In this document: positions 50,919 through 64,000 of the stretch, in pieces | Layout of the letters: each line of letters begins with the position of its first letter | How positions within the stretch are numbered: the first letter of the stretch is position 1 | DNA from: Rotaria socialis | Lineage: Eukaryota | Length of the DNA: 64,000 nt | Direction of reading: 5' to 3' | NCBI GenBank assembly: GCA_905331295.1 | Contig: CAJNYD010000106.1 | Coordinates: 1-64,000, forward strand | The notes under the pieces: generated by a model | The model's input: only the letters and a program-made list of their open reading frames with translations | Told to the model about the DNA's origin: nothing | Databases searched by the model: none | Program-made: the position numbers and the translations under genes

Positions 50919-51887
50919 AAAAGGTGCTTCTGGTGGTGCGATACGTAAAATTTGACTCATAATATCGGCAATATTAGCCAAACGAGAACCATACCTTAAA
51001 GATATTAATTATATATACGTATTTAGCAAGAGCTATTCTATAGCAAAGTAGCATTTTATCTTCGTTTTTATGCTCGATTTCCATAGGATATAATTTACAT
51101 TTCAATTCAATTGCTCATAATGTTAATCTATTGGATTCAAACGTGTATTTGTACCTGTATGTGATGTTGTAAATGTTATTTTAACAGCATGAAGTGCTTC
51201 AAGTAATTCAATTTCATGTTTTAATTGTTGAATAGTTTTTATTATAGGTAGAGTATTTCGACCGAATTCGTATGGAACCAAGCGAAAATAAATAAATAAA
51301 GATATACTCCGATAACAAAAAAACTAAATTTATTTGTTTTAATGAATGTTTTGATTTCTTTTAATACTGTATGACCTTCTTTTATTTGAATCAAATTTTA
51401 TTTATCCAAGAAGAAAACTCGATAAGTAAAGTCGACCCCAGGTCAATGATTCCGGAGGACGGATACTGTAGGAACCGGCCGGAAAGATGCGGAAAAATCA
51501 CCGTATCTGGCCGGAAAGCATTGGAAACTGGAAGCAGTATTCCAGTTGGAAGTTACCGGATTTTTTTCCTGTGGATTCCGGTCAGTTTCCTGTGTTTTCC
51601 GGTCAGTTTTCTGTGTTTTACATCTGGAAGTTGATCGGAATCTACAGGAAGAAAATCCGGTAACTTCCAACTGGAATACTGCTTCCAGTTTCCATTTCCA
51701 GTGCTTTCCTGTGCTTTCCGGCCGTTTCCCGCCGTACGTCCACGACCTGGGACGATGTTGTTTTTCAATTAATCAGCGGATTTTTCTTGCATTAGATTTC
51801 ATTTCCAGTAATGCTTCTGCCATAGCTTTTATATGACATATTAATTGAATAAGATTTTCTGTACATTTATCAAGTTTTATCGGATGC
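50919..51887 (-). pseudogene. PARP2/PARP1-like poly(ADP-ribose) polymerase relic (regulatory domain plus start of catalytic domain), interrupted by a MITE
   Basis: Minus strand: KLDKCTENLIQLICHIKAMAEALLEMKSNARK-(fs)-PL; YFRLVPYEFGRNTLPIIKTIQQLKHEIELLEALHAVKI...NPID*HYEQL-(fs)-KCKLYPME; KMLLW|YGSRLANIADIMSQILRIAPPEAPF. These are colinear with PARP2 QELIKLICNVQAMEEMMMEMKYNTKKAPL, FYTRIPHDFG...IQLLEAL, HPLDQHY and MLLWHGSR..N..GILS.GLRIAPPEAP. Stop, frameshifts, a deletion and a His-to-Tyr change in HGS. Confidence 0.85.
51437..51751. mobile_element. Palindromic MITE (315 bp), CCCAGGTC termini, 2-bp AC duplication (CMC/EnSpm-like)
   Basis: cccaggtc...gacctggg ends; internal ~40-bp inverted repeat ggaaactggaagcagtattccagttggaagttaccggatttt / aaaatccggtaacttccaactggaatactgcttccagtttcc; GC-rich versus flanks. 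Confidence 0.85.
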
Positions 51888-52162
51888 CTTTAATTTAATT
51901 GAAAGCTTGTGTTTCATACGAATTACCGCCATCTATATTTCGTTAAAATCTAAAACTTTTCATTGAAAATGACTTTAATGTTCATTAAGAATAATTTCAC
52001 AAACTAATTTTTTTTTCAAAACAAAAATTAATCCTAGAAAAAAATTGTTTTGTCTTCGTCCAACAAGAAAAACTGCGGGTCTTTGTTTCATGTTCAGTCA
52101 TTGTTAAGTGATTTTTTTCCCTCTCAATCACTGTATTCACTCTTTCTTTCAACGTCGGAACT

Positions 52163-53422
52163 ATGGATTCCACTAACATCATTATTCCATTTGATTTTCC
52201 ATTTGCTATTTTGGGTAATCAAAAGTTTTCAACTCAATTTCTTCTTCCTAATGTTACCTTTCTCTTCTAGAACATCGTCATTATTCCGATCCCAACACTA
52301 AACTAGTCTATGCAGTTGCTGATGGCCAATATACATATGGTCCACTTTCTTTATATCAATATCATAATGATGAAACATATTCCAAAACGTATGAAACAAA
52401 TTTTCTATTTTTCATAAATAAATATCTTTATTAATTTTAAATAGAATGCGAACCGAAGAACTACCACCATCATTATCATGCAAAGTAAGAAACCGAGCAA
52501 ACTGAATTGATTGTTATTACAATTGAATTCCATATAGGAATATTATATCGTCGAATCAGGATTTTCAACTGATGGAGCAGTTCCAATCATAGATGAAAAT
52601 CGTGGACTTATTTATGTCAAAGAAATTTTATCGAGTGATGATGAAAATAATGAATCAATTTTAACTATGGAACAAGAGTCTGAACAAGGTTTGTAATAGC
52701 ATCGGTTTTCTCGAGATAGCAATACATTTTTTCTTGCATTTTTAGTTCATATGAAAGAACTTTTTAAAGAAATGGCTGAATGTAAAAGTGAAATTCAAAG
52801 TCTTAAATCGATTGTAAGTCATTTTATCAACAGCTATCATAATCTTTTTTTCAATTTTTGATTGAAGGTTTTATCCGAAAATCGTTTTATTAAATGTCGA
52901 TCAACTTCAACAGGTAACCATAACAAAATGCTTTGTATCTTCAATCAATCTAAACTTTTCCTATCTCTAGATTCACCTGGTTTTCGTGGTACTGACAATA
53001 ATGCTAAATGGATCCGTGGTGGTGGTGGTGCTAGTGCTAATCGTTCAGCTAATAATGGACATATGTCTGATGATGGTGGTGTATCAACACCTTTACGTTA
53101 TACAAAAGCCACTGGTATTCGTAAACCTCAGCAAGTGCAATCATCAATTGTTCAACGAAGTGTATCATCATATTCAGCCAATAGAAATGTATTAACACCA
53201 TTACGAAGTAAAACAACCGCAATGTCATCTGTAACAACTAAATATGCAACGCCAATGCGAACAACAACCACATCATCAAATAAAAAAGTTGTTCTAAAAA
53301 ATATTAAATCATCTGGTTATGGACAATTTACAGCAGTTAATAATACAACAACCACTATTAAAAAACAACAACAACAAACATTAGCTACACTTGCTACACC
53401 TGGAAGATCGTTTAGAAAATAA
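52163..53422 (+). CDS. Unknown 7-exon protein with a Tyr-rich/acidic N-half, a short coiled coil and a basic Ser/Thr-rich C-tail
   Basis: Phase-consistent short introns give MDSTNIIIPFDFPFAIL-EHRHYSDPNTKLVYAVADGQYTYGP...-EYYIVESGFSTDGAVPIIDENRGLIYVKEIL...-VHMKELFKEMAECKSEIQSLKSI-VLSENRFIKCRSTST-DSPGFRG...TPGRSFRK*. Confidence 0.75.
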
Positions 53423-55614
53423 TTATTATGATGTTTTTTTCTATTTCGTGCATTTCATTTTCGTTTTCTCTTATCGATATGTTGGTGTGTGTGTGTGTAT
53501 AGTTCATAACTTTAAATAATTCTCTTGTTAAATATGGCTACACAGAAAAACAAATAATCTAAATTCATGTATTTTCATCTATAGATCGTATTTGTGAAAA
53601 TAAATTGTAAACTTGTTCAGAAAATTTTATTTCAAATCGCTACTCGAAAAATATTTTTACGCGTCAGTAGTCAATTTTTCCGATTGAGATTTATATCGGG
53701 AAAGCACGTAAGTCGAAATTATCCCGTTTTTATCGATAATAAGATAAACTTCACAAGCGAAAAAAAAATTACTGTTGATTAGATTTATGACATGTCATTG
53801 AAAATTAATCACGTTTATGTTATTTCCGGTACGTAACTAGAGTTGAAAATTACATCAAACTTTCATTTAATTGCACAGGGTACTCTACGTGTTATATGAA
53901 GTTTGATATTTTCTATTCGAATGATTAGTTCTTATAAATCGATTTGATCATTGATTAGTAATTTTTATAAAAATAAATATTTCTCATATTTCTGATCCTC
54001 TCAAATAAAATAAGCTCTATCTCGTTCTTTTTCTTCTTTTGTATTCAAATTATTCTCATTGCTTATGATGAGTATTAGCCTGTGATGATCCATCAATTAG
54101 AATAATTTAACTTCGATCAGTAGAAATTGGTAGTATGAGAGTGCGGAAAAGTGATTAGTGATAATTTGTATCATACAATGAGTTGATTCATTTTGGTATT
54201 TTCGAATCACTACGTGACGACGATCTTGCTATAACTGATTATGCCCATAGTTGAACAGCAAAATATTATACAATACGAATAATTTACATCCAATCATTTT
54301 TTCTCAAGTTCATATCGTCAACAAAAATATGAATTTACAATAACGCAATAGAATCTGTGAAATGTTTTTTCTTTATTTTTATTTCATTTTAATTTTGCTA
54401 GAATTGTTGGGCGTATTTCGCACTTGAAAGATTACCTTCAATGAAAAAACCGAACAGTCGTGTTATAATCAATGATCAGCACGATCTATGTTTTCGTATA
54501 TAGTTTTATCGGAACATCGAGATGAATTTTGAACGACGGAAATATTTTATTGCATACATTTTGTTGCCGTTCAACGTACATATACATCATCTATGAATTT
54601 TATATTGTAATTCTTGCATTCTATATCGGTAGTGTCGAATTTTCATGTGACAGCGTTCTAGAACATTCTTAACTATTATAAATGATTCACATTATGATGT
54701 ACGGAATTTCTCCAGTGATTTATCGTAAAAATTACATTGTACTTTATTTTGTTCAACGTTGGAATGCGTCAATTCCAATTATCTAACTAGACTTAATTTT
54801 CGAAAATTCGTCTCGAACTATTAATTTATGCAAATAAGTTTAACAATAGAAATTCAATATCAGTCAAAGTCAATCAATTTCTAAACTAGTTAAATGTAGA
54901 CGTCGCATTTTATTGGAATTCGATTTAGCGCATCTCTAGCCGAACATGTCTTTCTCTCTCTCTATATATATATTTTCCTGTTTTCATTTGTTCTGTTATT
55001 GGCTTGATAATTTCTTTTTTCCTCTCTTGACAACGTACTTTTGCTCAATATGTCAAGTGTTAAACTCACTCAAGCAACTAACGGATTAAAAACGACTAGA
55101 AATGTAAAGATCTTAGTTGATCTGTACGGGCTGTTCGAGTTATTTTCAGTAGAGCTCTAATTGTACAAATTCATTCAACTAAATATATAATCCAACAGAT
55201 GAGCGATTTCAATATGATAGTAGTGTTTTCTATTCATCGTAATCAACTTTTGCTTTTATAAATGTAAATTCGTCTCACGGCACAACACAAGATAAATCGG
55301 ATATTATTAAAATTTTAATTCTAATGATAAAAAAAAATTGAATTACGAATTCATAATTGAAAGCTTTACACAAGATGATGCTTTTCTACTTGCTTAGTGA
55401 AAAGTTGAAATTTTTAATTTTTCTTCTTTTACGTGCTCTTGTTGTCGTTATTGTTTGTTTTACCACTACTCGTCATGATTGATACAATCACTGATTAAAA
55501 AAAATAAGAAAGAAAAAAATAGTACAATCAAATAGGTTTCTCTTTCAGCGCAAGTATTTTTCGATTTCATTGTTTTCATTTTTATCATGAAAAATAAATT
55601 TTGATAGCTAAGCT

Positions 55615-57992
55615 ATGAGTGGTACCGGTGACTCGAATATAAAATTAAATATTGATCATGCTGGAAATATATCATATATTCGACTTGATAGACATTCAAC
55701 TACAAGTACATGTTCGCCGACTGTTCTAAGTAGTTGCAGTAGTGATGAAGAATATGATGATAGTTGTCCTAAACCAATACTACGATGGAAAAGGCAAAAA
55801 ATTTTGAATACCGTTAATAACAATTCGTAAGTTGACGCTTTTTTTTATTTAGAGATTTTTCGTTTTTTTCTGCCGAAAAGGTTAAGAACTAATCCTAAGC
55901 ACAAGAAAAAAAGAACAAAACGCAAATTGATATGATATTCGCATGTACTTCGTGTATAGGAATGACTCAATATACAAAAAAAAAAAAGAAAAAGAAGATT
56001 TATATCAGATCAAAGCTTTACTATTCAGCGATGCGAGAGCATCAATAGAGAACTAGTTATGTTGTTATCAACACATTTCTTTACAGATATGCCTTCATTA
56101 TCAGAAAAAGAACTTGTGTAGGAAGAATAGCTTGTTGTTTTTTATTGTTTATGTTTTATTAATCTTGTTTAAGTGAACGTCCTTCCAGTCGTGCCGATAC
56201 TAATAGTAATTTGCAATGTGATCAAAATTCTGTTATATCAGCAAAAGAAAATGTTGCAATATCAGTCGAAGATGAACGACGAGCAAATCCACCAAGACGT
56301 TTACAACCTATTCCTGAGGATAAACTTCATCGTGTAAGTATAAATAGATTTTTACAAGAAACAATTCATTAATAATACAAAAAAAAGAAACTCGAATCAT
56401 TCAGAGAAATCCACATACAGTTCGACAAGAAATTAATATGTTCAATGATTTTATACCGGACACAACACTTGCTGATGTACATCTTAATGAAATGCCTGGT
56501 CTTCACAATACAGGTCATTGTCATTTGAAAGGAAAGTTTTCTTTTGTTTTGTAATTTTTTCTATTTCATTAGAACATTGGAAGCGTATCGCTGGTCGAAC
56601 AGCTCATGCATCACCACCATTATCTCGTCAATATTATTCAACAGTAATATCAACAATCGGATTACAAGATGGACAAGTACCGCAACCATTAGGGTCCTAT
56701 CGGCGACCAGGCCGTAGTGAAAACGAAAGCGAAATACCATGTATTGTGCCATCATCATGGCGAAGTCCACGTCGTCCTATCATTTTCGGCTCATCGGCTG
56801 CTGTTGTTCTTATTGCTGCTGCTATTGCTGTTATTCTTGCTGTAGCACTGAGTAAGAATTATCCGAAAGAATTTATCTATAATCAAAATGTTTGTTTAAT
56901 TTTCATGATTATAGTTAAACAATCGGAACTGACTACTTCAGATTATTATGCAGGAAGTGTTTATGTTCGTGCAGACTTTAATGCATCACTTCTAGATCCA
57001 ACATCAACATACGCGAGAGAATATAAAAAAGAATTTTGTCAATTAGTAAGTACAATAGTTCGTCGTTTTCTTCGATTAAATTATTTTCTTTCGCATGCAT
57101 ATGCTATAGAAATCTGGTTTGTAAACAATATTAATCTAAATTTATTTGCCATTTTTTCGTCGTTTTTTTTAAATCCCAAGTTGATAAAAACACTTGGAAT
57201 ATTTTATGTCTTAATGCATATTATATAGAAACAAAAAGAAAATTATTTTACATGTAACTCCCCTGATATCATTTAGTCGATTTCCATTCATTGTCATTGA
57301 TTGACTATTCTTATCCAATATATCATTTACGCTTGATTATGATCGAGATACTGTTAAGCAGAAAAAAAGGAAATATTGAGACAAGATATATTAGGGTTGT
57401 TAGAACAAGATCGGGTGAGCGGAAGAGACATAGGAGAAAATTCTTCTTTTTCTATTTTCTCACTTGTTTATCGTTCTTTCATAGTCATCAATCGATCGAT
57501 CGGTTGGTTCTCGATTATTTATTCCAGTGTATAGCCAATTTGATTGCTATCTAAAACTATCGAGATAGAGTATGCATGCAACAAGTAACAAAATTGAATT
57601 AGATCGAGCGTGTGCATGTTTCGACCAGTTTCCTCTCTTCCTAAAAAACTCGTCGCTTCTTTTTTGCTTTAGGCCGTTCTTTCTCTCATACATATATATA
57701 TATATCTACATTTTTCATTTAGGTTAGGACAACACTCGTTGATAGGAACACGAAATATGCTAAATTTTATTCAACTTGCAGTGTAATTGCTTTTTCTAAT
57801 GGAAGTATTATTGCAGATTTTGTTCTTGGTTTTACCAGTCCTCAAAATGTAACACGTCTTAATTCGTTTCTTAATCGTACATTAGTTAATGATGCATTAT
57901 TTGGTGGAACAATTTTATCCATAGATCTTGATCCAACTGCATTCGATACGAATAATAATAACAATATTATTAATCATAGAAATAATAACACA

Positions 57993-58023
<31 letters not shown>

Positions 58024-58032
58024 CAAATCATC

Positions 58033-58072
<40 letters not shown>

Positions 58073-59203
58073 CAACAACACAAATAATAATAATAATAAT
58101 AATAGAACTTCTATAAATGGTAAAGATGATAAGATCGGTATTTCTTCGAATGAAAGTATTGAAAGTAATGAAGTTAAATCAATTCAATCGAGAAAATTTA
58201 TAATGGACGAACAAAATTCACCAGATGGACAAGAACAACCACCAAAACAAACATCATATACGACTGTTACATATAAAACACTTGAGAAAGGTTTGTCTAT
58301 CACTATATCTGAAACAATCACAATTACTAATAATAGCAATTTTGAAAATTTTCCTATTAATAATAAAAATTATGAATTAATTTTGGTGCCAACAACTGAT
58401 AATACAAAAACCATTGTTGTTCCTAGTGGAGGTTCTAATGAGAAACCTAATTTACCACCGCTACCACTAGCCACAATAACCACAGCAACAACAAATGTAG
58501 TAGGAAAATCTTCATCAAGTCCTTATCTAGTTCGAACTCAAAAGCCAATTCCCGATACAAATTTTGCGTATATAGATGAATCAAGTGATGATCATTCAGT
58601 ACACTCAAGAAATGGTATTAAATAGATGTTGTCTAGTGTATTGATTCATAATTGATTTCCCCTTAAAATAGTTCCTAGTTGATTTCTGTTTTTTTTTCCT
58701 ATTCGAACGCTTTCTAATTTAATTATCTATTTCTAGTGACATCAACATTAGAGGATTTAACATCTCAAGATTCAACAACATCAGCCTCAATATCTTCATT
58801 AAATGATGAAACATTAACAAATTCAGTATCGAGTATCGCTAATGAACTTTCTCTACCAACAAACCCCACTAGACTACCACCTAATCCACCTCGTCTACCA
58901 AAACCTAAAGAAAAATCTTGGGACGACAAACCGACGTTTACTGCACGTTCTAATACAAATGTTGTCAAACGACAACGACGTTTAGTTTTACCAAAGAAAC
59001 AACGTCGTTTATTACAATATGAATTGATGCCAACAGGAAAAGTTTATTATGTCGATCGACCATTTTATAGTGAAATAAAAAAATCTATCGATGACCATGA
59101 CAGTAATGTAAGTGCTGTACATAGTACAATATTATCACGTTCAAGCTCAGTTGATACATTAAGCGATAAACGTTATCGTCAACGTCGTCATCATTCTCAT
59201 CAA

Positions 59204-59247
<44 letters not shown>

Positions 59248-60259
59248 ACAACAACAACAACAACAGCAAAATCGTAAATATCCTCCTAATCTATCATCGC
59301 AAAAACCTGAACAAAAAGTGGCTATGGGTGGAAGATTAGCATCAAATAATAATCTAACAACGACAATAATATCATCGCCATTTAAACCAATAAATACGAA
59401 TAGAAAACAACGTTTTTCTGCATTTGAACCAACACCTGAATCACTCGATCGTGTATTCGATGTTATAATTGCAGCCGATAAACAACGCGAAAAACATGAA
59501 TTTTGGAAAGAAAAATTTGATCATCGTACAATAAATTCCCGTCCTCCGATACCACCTATTCGAACACATGATACAGCTAATTCAAATACTATACCTTCAC
59601 TTCGTCCAAAACCAACACATTTAATTGTAAACTCGATTTCGAATCCTGCCGATAATCGTTCGCAATCGTACATAAATAAACGTGATTCATCGCATGATCC
59701 ACATAATCGACATAATAATTGTCTATTAGAAGATTGTTTTCGACGACGAGCTTCAATTATTCAACAACAACAACACCAACAAAAATTTCAAGAGTTACAA
59801 GCACAACGAAATTATTCGCCAAATACAATTTATTCGACAAACTATCCTAAACAACAGATGCCTCCAACCGGTAAACCCCCACTTCCTGCAACGGCAACAA
59901 CAACAACAACTACTACGGCTGCAAATCAACCACCCGCACGGATTTTTCCATTACTCAATGGTCGCATAGGTCGTGCTCCACAAGCTCGACAAACATCGGA
60001 TGAACTTTCGTCTGCATCAGAAATATGGGCAGCACGTTCATCTGCAGAAGAAGAATCTCGTCCATCTAAAAAAACAACCACTCAGACTCGTTTTCAATCA
60101 GCTGTAAATCGGCATCGAGCAAATGATCAAAAAGTCACTAATAAAAAACGAGCATCGAGTGTTGAACAACAAAAATCGAACCCAGCACAAACTAAAAATA
60201 TAACAACAACAACAACAACAAGAAGCAAATTTTTTGATTTATTTAAATTTTCGCGTTAG
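55615..60259 (+). CDS. Single-pass membrane protein with a SEA domain followed by a long Asn/Gln/Thr/Pro-rich tail; exons 55615-55826, 56174-56333, 56405-56513, 56573-56851, 56915-57045, 57723-58614, 58737-60259
   Basis: Hydrophobic segment IIFGSSAAVVLIAAAIAVILAVAL is followed by a SEA-like sequence YYAGSVYVRADFNASLLDPTSTYAREYKKEFCQLV...VIAFSNGSIIADFVLGF (F.D..S and F..GSI motifs). Splice phases are consistent to TAG 60259. Confidence 0.75.
57951..58103 (+). repeat. Coding (AAT/AAC)n tract encoding poly-Asn
   Basis: In frame with exon 57723-58614 and reads as about 50 mostly-Asn codons; the poly-Ile ORF in the track is the wrong frame. Confidence 0.85.
59201..59269 (+). repeat. Coding (CAG/CAA)n poly-Gln tract
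   Basis: About 23 consecutive Gln codons in ORF 58736-60259. Confidence 0.9.
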
Positions 60260-60343
60260 TTGTTCTTTTTTTTTTGTTTATAGAAAACAAGCAATAAATG
60301 ATATATATATATATAAATAGAATCATGAACATTAATCTAATAA

Positions 60344-62281
60344 TTAAATAAAAATAGAAACAGGCAAAATAAGTTTTTCAGCTTGGTGAATTCCATAGAA
60401 AAAATAAATTGAAAATCCCATAATCATCCATATAATAAAACGTATCCATGTTACAAAACTTAACTTTAACATTAAATAAACATTACAAAAAATACTAAAT
60501 ATTGGCAACCAAGGTGTCAACGGTGTTAGAAAAATATTATCGGTTTCATTGGAAATATTTTGTTTTTTTTTAGAGAATGTTTTATATATTAACAAGATTA
60601 AAATAGATAATAGAATTGAAAAAATCATTATTGATATTGGATTTATAAAGTCACTTTTTTCAAATGAATAAATTGAAATAAAACATAATGCTAAAATAAT
60701 ACTTATTATCGATAGTATACTTTTACTTAAATCATGATTATTGTCTTCCATTGTTTCATAACGTGATATCAAAACAGCTAAAGCAACCTGTGTATATGCA
60801 ATTAATGTTCCTATACTTAACATTTCAACTAATGTTAATAAATCAAATATTAATGCCATTAAACTTGCAAAAATTCCGCCGATAAGTGTTGAATATATAG
60901 GTGTATGAGATCTATTTGATACTTTACCAAATATTGAAAATAAAAGACCATCAGATGCCATAGAATATAATACACGAGGCAACGGAAATAATGATCCTAT
61001 AATACTCGATGTGAGACCAGTAATAGCACCAAGTGTTACTAAAAAAGAAATCCTATTTAACTAGTTCTACGAATAAAACTAATCTTACTTGCAATTTTAA
61101 CATGCGGAAGTCCAACACGATTGAATGCATCGGGTAAGGACGCATCAATTCTTATTGAATAATAAGGTACCATTAATGTTAACACAGCAGCGACAGCACA
61201 ATAAACAATAGAACAAACTAATAGTACAAGACAAATACTTATTGGTATTGCTCGTCGAGGATTTTCTGTTTCTTCGCCTGTTGTAGCAACAAGATCGAAT
61301 CCAACAAATGCATAGAAACAAGTTGCTGCACCCGACAATACACCTGAGAATGAATAAGGTAAAAAACCACCATATCCAGCTAGACTTATCGATTGATTTT
61401 GTCTAATTTGACTAATGGGTATATGCCAATTATTTATATCTGCCTTGAAAAGACCGCTTACAACAATGACTAAACAATTCAAAAGAAAATTTTACAAAAT
61501 AAGAACGCCTATTTTGTATCTTACTTGCTACACTAGTTAAATTTATTGTTGTACAGAAATTATTCATACGACTTGATTCTTTAACTCCAATAGCTAATAG
61601 AACGGTTGTGATTAGTGTTAATCCGAATGCTCCAATGTCCATATATGATGCAAACATTCCCATTGAATTAGAAAATGGAAATGGAAAATTGCTTTGAAAA
61701 AAAGTACTCATACGAAAACCAATCATCGAATCCACGGTACTTGTCCAGGCACGTGCTGCCGAAGCTATCTATGCCAAATGACTGTGTTTCTCTTCTGATC
61801 AAAAAAATAAAACTATCTTATTGCTTACCAGCTCCAACAACATACTCAAGAATTAGATTCCAACCTAAAAATTCAAAAAACTACTATGCATTTTTTTCGA
61901 TTTCTAGTTTTGATTATCAAATAAACCTGTAACAAAAGCTGCTAGTTCACCAATGACTATATAGGAATAAACATAAGCTGATCCAGCGCGCGGATATTTT
62001 GAACCAAGTTCAGCATAACAAAGGCCAGAAAGTAACGAAGCTATGCCAGCAATAATGAACGATAAAAGAACCCCAGGACCAGCTAAATCTCGTGCAACTG
62101 TACCCGCCAATATGTAAATTCCAGCACCTAGTGTACTGCCAATGCCAAGCGTAGTTAAATCGAATACTGTTAAACATCGCCGTAATTGTGAATGAAGAGC
62201 ATTGGTAGCTGAAATTCGTTTACGACGTGAAACAATAGCTAATGCACGTTGCATAATATTATTAGTTTCGATAGTTTCCAT
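60344..62281 (-). CDS. Cationic amino acid transporter (SLC7A1-4/CAT, APC superfamily), multi-exon
   Basis: LRRCLTVFDLTTLGIGSTLGAGIYILAG, AGPGVLLSFIIAGIASLLSGLCYAELGSKYPRAGSAYVYSY, GWNLILEY, GVKESS, GGFLPYSFSGVLSGAATCFYAFVGFD..ATTGEE..NP.RAIP, PRVLYSMASDGLLF, SIGTLIAY, TWIRFIIWM..G..IYFFYG. Confidence 0.95.
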
Positions 62282-64000
62282 TCAAGTATCAATAAATAGT
62301 GCATAAAAGACAATACAACTACGATTACTTTTTTGGTTTCATAAAGAGTTATTTTAATCTAATAAATTCTATCCTATATCAATTGAACTACAGCATAATC
62401 TTTGCTAAAAAGTATTAATACAGTCTTCTACAAGTCGTCATGTGTAACACTCTCGACATGAACAAATAAAAGAGTATTATAAATGCAAAAAAAGGCTTTT
62501 TTTTCTTTTTTCCTGTCGTATTATTTTTTTTTTATGTTCCAGCCTACTTCAGCTTAACATTAAATCGGCCGTCAAATGCAAAGAAACCCGCATATTCTCA
62601 CATATACTGACATACGTAGCGCTTTCATGGTCGATACACATGTGCGCGCGAGAAGATTTTAATCAGACGAAGAAAAAAGAAAGAAACTGCAAATTCATAG
62701 GAAGAAATATTTTCAAATACGTTCATATTCATCTGATTATATCTATCAACACAAGAGGTGTTTGCTCATTATAAAACTAAAAATGGGTTTCTATACACAC
62801 GTAGTTATTACACGCATACGGAGTAGCTTATTTGTGTCGTTCGACCACATCACTCCGCCTCTTTAAGTTGTAATCGACCAGTAAAATAGAAGTAGACTGT
62901 CTATTAAATTTATAATAAAAACGAAAGTGGGACGAATATTCTTTTCTTCTCTTTTTTTGTGTACATTCGTCTTGTACTAGCCTATTGAATATATTGAACA
63001 ACGTACGAACGTACACGCGTTTAGATGAGCCATATAAACAAATGTGTAGAGAGAATGAGAGAGAGAGAGAGAGGTATGAAGAGAGCCCCTCTTAAACCAA
63101 AAGAGGATGGTCTTGCTCGACTATTGTGAACATCACAACAATTTTACGTCATACAACTAGTCAATGAATGAACGAGCACAACTAAAAGGTGTTGTCTGGC
63201 TTTTGTTTTTACTTTCGTTTTTTCCCTCGTGCACTCATATGCGTGCGAAGTAATTCAAGCAATTATATATATATATATATAAATTGATGATTGATTGGAT
63301 GAATAATCTTTTTTATTTGCTTTTGAATAAGTATTATACATAAAAGTATTTATGATCAAATTAACAAGTTCATCTGATCTACTGTATACTTTTGCTCAAT
63401 CCAAGATAAGTATAAAAACCAAACAAAACAAAAGAAGCAGTGTATTTATCAATTTTCATTTTTTTCAGTTTTACCTATATGAAATTCAGTAAATGAGTCA
63501 TCTTAAATATCGACTAAAGCATTGTAAAATGGTTCAAGCCAGAATCAAAAAAACACTACTTATTATACTTTTTCCTCATAAATCATGATCTTATCGTTTT
63601 TTGTTTCATTCAAAAGCAAAGAGGATTATATTGAAACACCCAACAAATTATCTATTTTTTCCCCACCAGAGCTCTCTCTCTCTCTCTCTGCTCAGAATAA
63701 AACGCGTTTTGCCTTAGAATACATATGAGTGTTACAATGATATTACTAGGCACTTTGAGCGTGTGTGTATGTACGCATAGATGGACACACTTAGGCGTCT
63801 TTTTCATCGCCTTGCGACCTATTTTATGGAGAGCTCGTATATGTAACTTATCCATGTATATAAATAAAAGTATATGCACGCGTTTCGCCTTAGGTGAGAT
63901 GAAATAAATGTGCAACTATGGACGCTGGATCCTTATCAGTTTTCAATTTAATTCAAACTATAGCACAAGTGTCACCGTATGAAATTAAGAGCAGACGAAA

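Noticed and set aside
51371..51836. Four overlapping ORFs, including near-identical MEVTGF... on both strands
   Set aside because: Artefact of the palindromic GC-rich MITE at 51437-51751.
57928..58116. Poly-Ile hydrophobic ORF
   Set aside because: Wrong-frame reading of the (AAT)n poly-Asn tract of the SEA gene exon.
62300..64000. Short ORFs upstream of the CAT gene
   Set aside because: Microsatellite-containing promoter or intergenic sequence with no coherent exon chain.

Overview
AT-rich eukaryotic genomic DNA with many short (~50-70 bp) GT-AG introns. Gene content (ART-NHL fusion, TGTGGG-type motifs, palindromic MITEs) suggests a bdelloid rotifer (Rotaria/Adineta-like); this is inference. 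I assembled seven spliced genes by hand from splice phases. On the + strand: an arginine-type ADP-ribosyltransferase fused to an NHL beta-propeller (6720-8700), TMCO1 (10865-11767), an unrecognised ~3,000-aa disordered protein (13105-37266), a Ca2+/calmodulin PDE1 (38488-46778), a small unknown 7-exon gene (52163-53422) and a single-pass SEA-domain protein with a long low-complexity tail (55615-60259). On the - strand: a cationic amino-acid transporter (60344-62281). Two repeat-rich accessory zones (1-10.7 kb and 47-52 kb) hold MITEs, telomere-like TGTGGG hairpins and two intron-containing pseudogene relics missed by the ORF track, a gephyrin/MogA G-domain and a PARP2-like fragment. The main findings are a cluster of three mutually exclusive mini-exons at the calmodulin/PKA regulatory hinge of PDE1, the modular cytosolic ART-NHL gene bracketed by inverted telomere-like motifs, and a tRNA-like cassette inside a TG...CA element.
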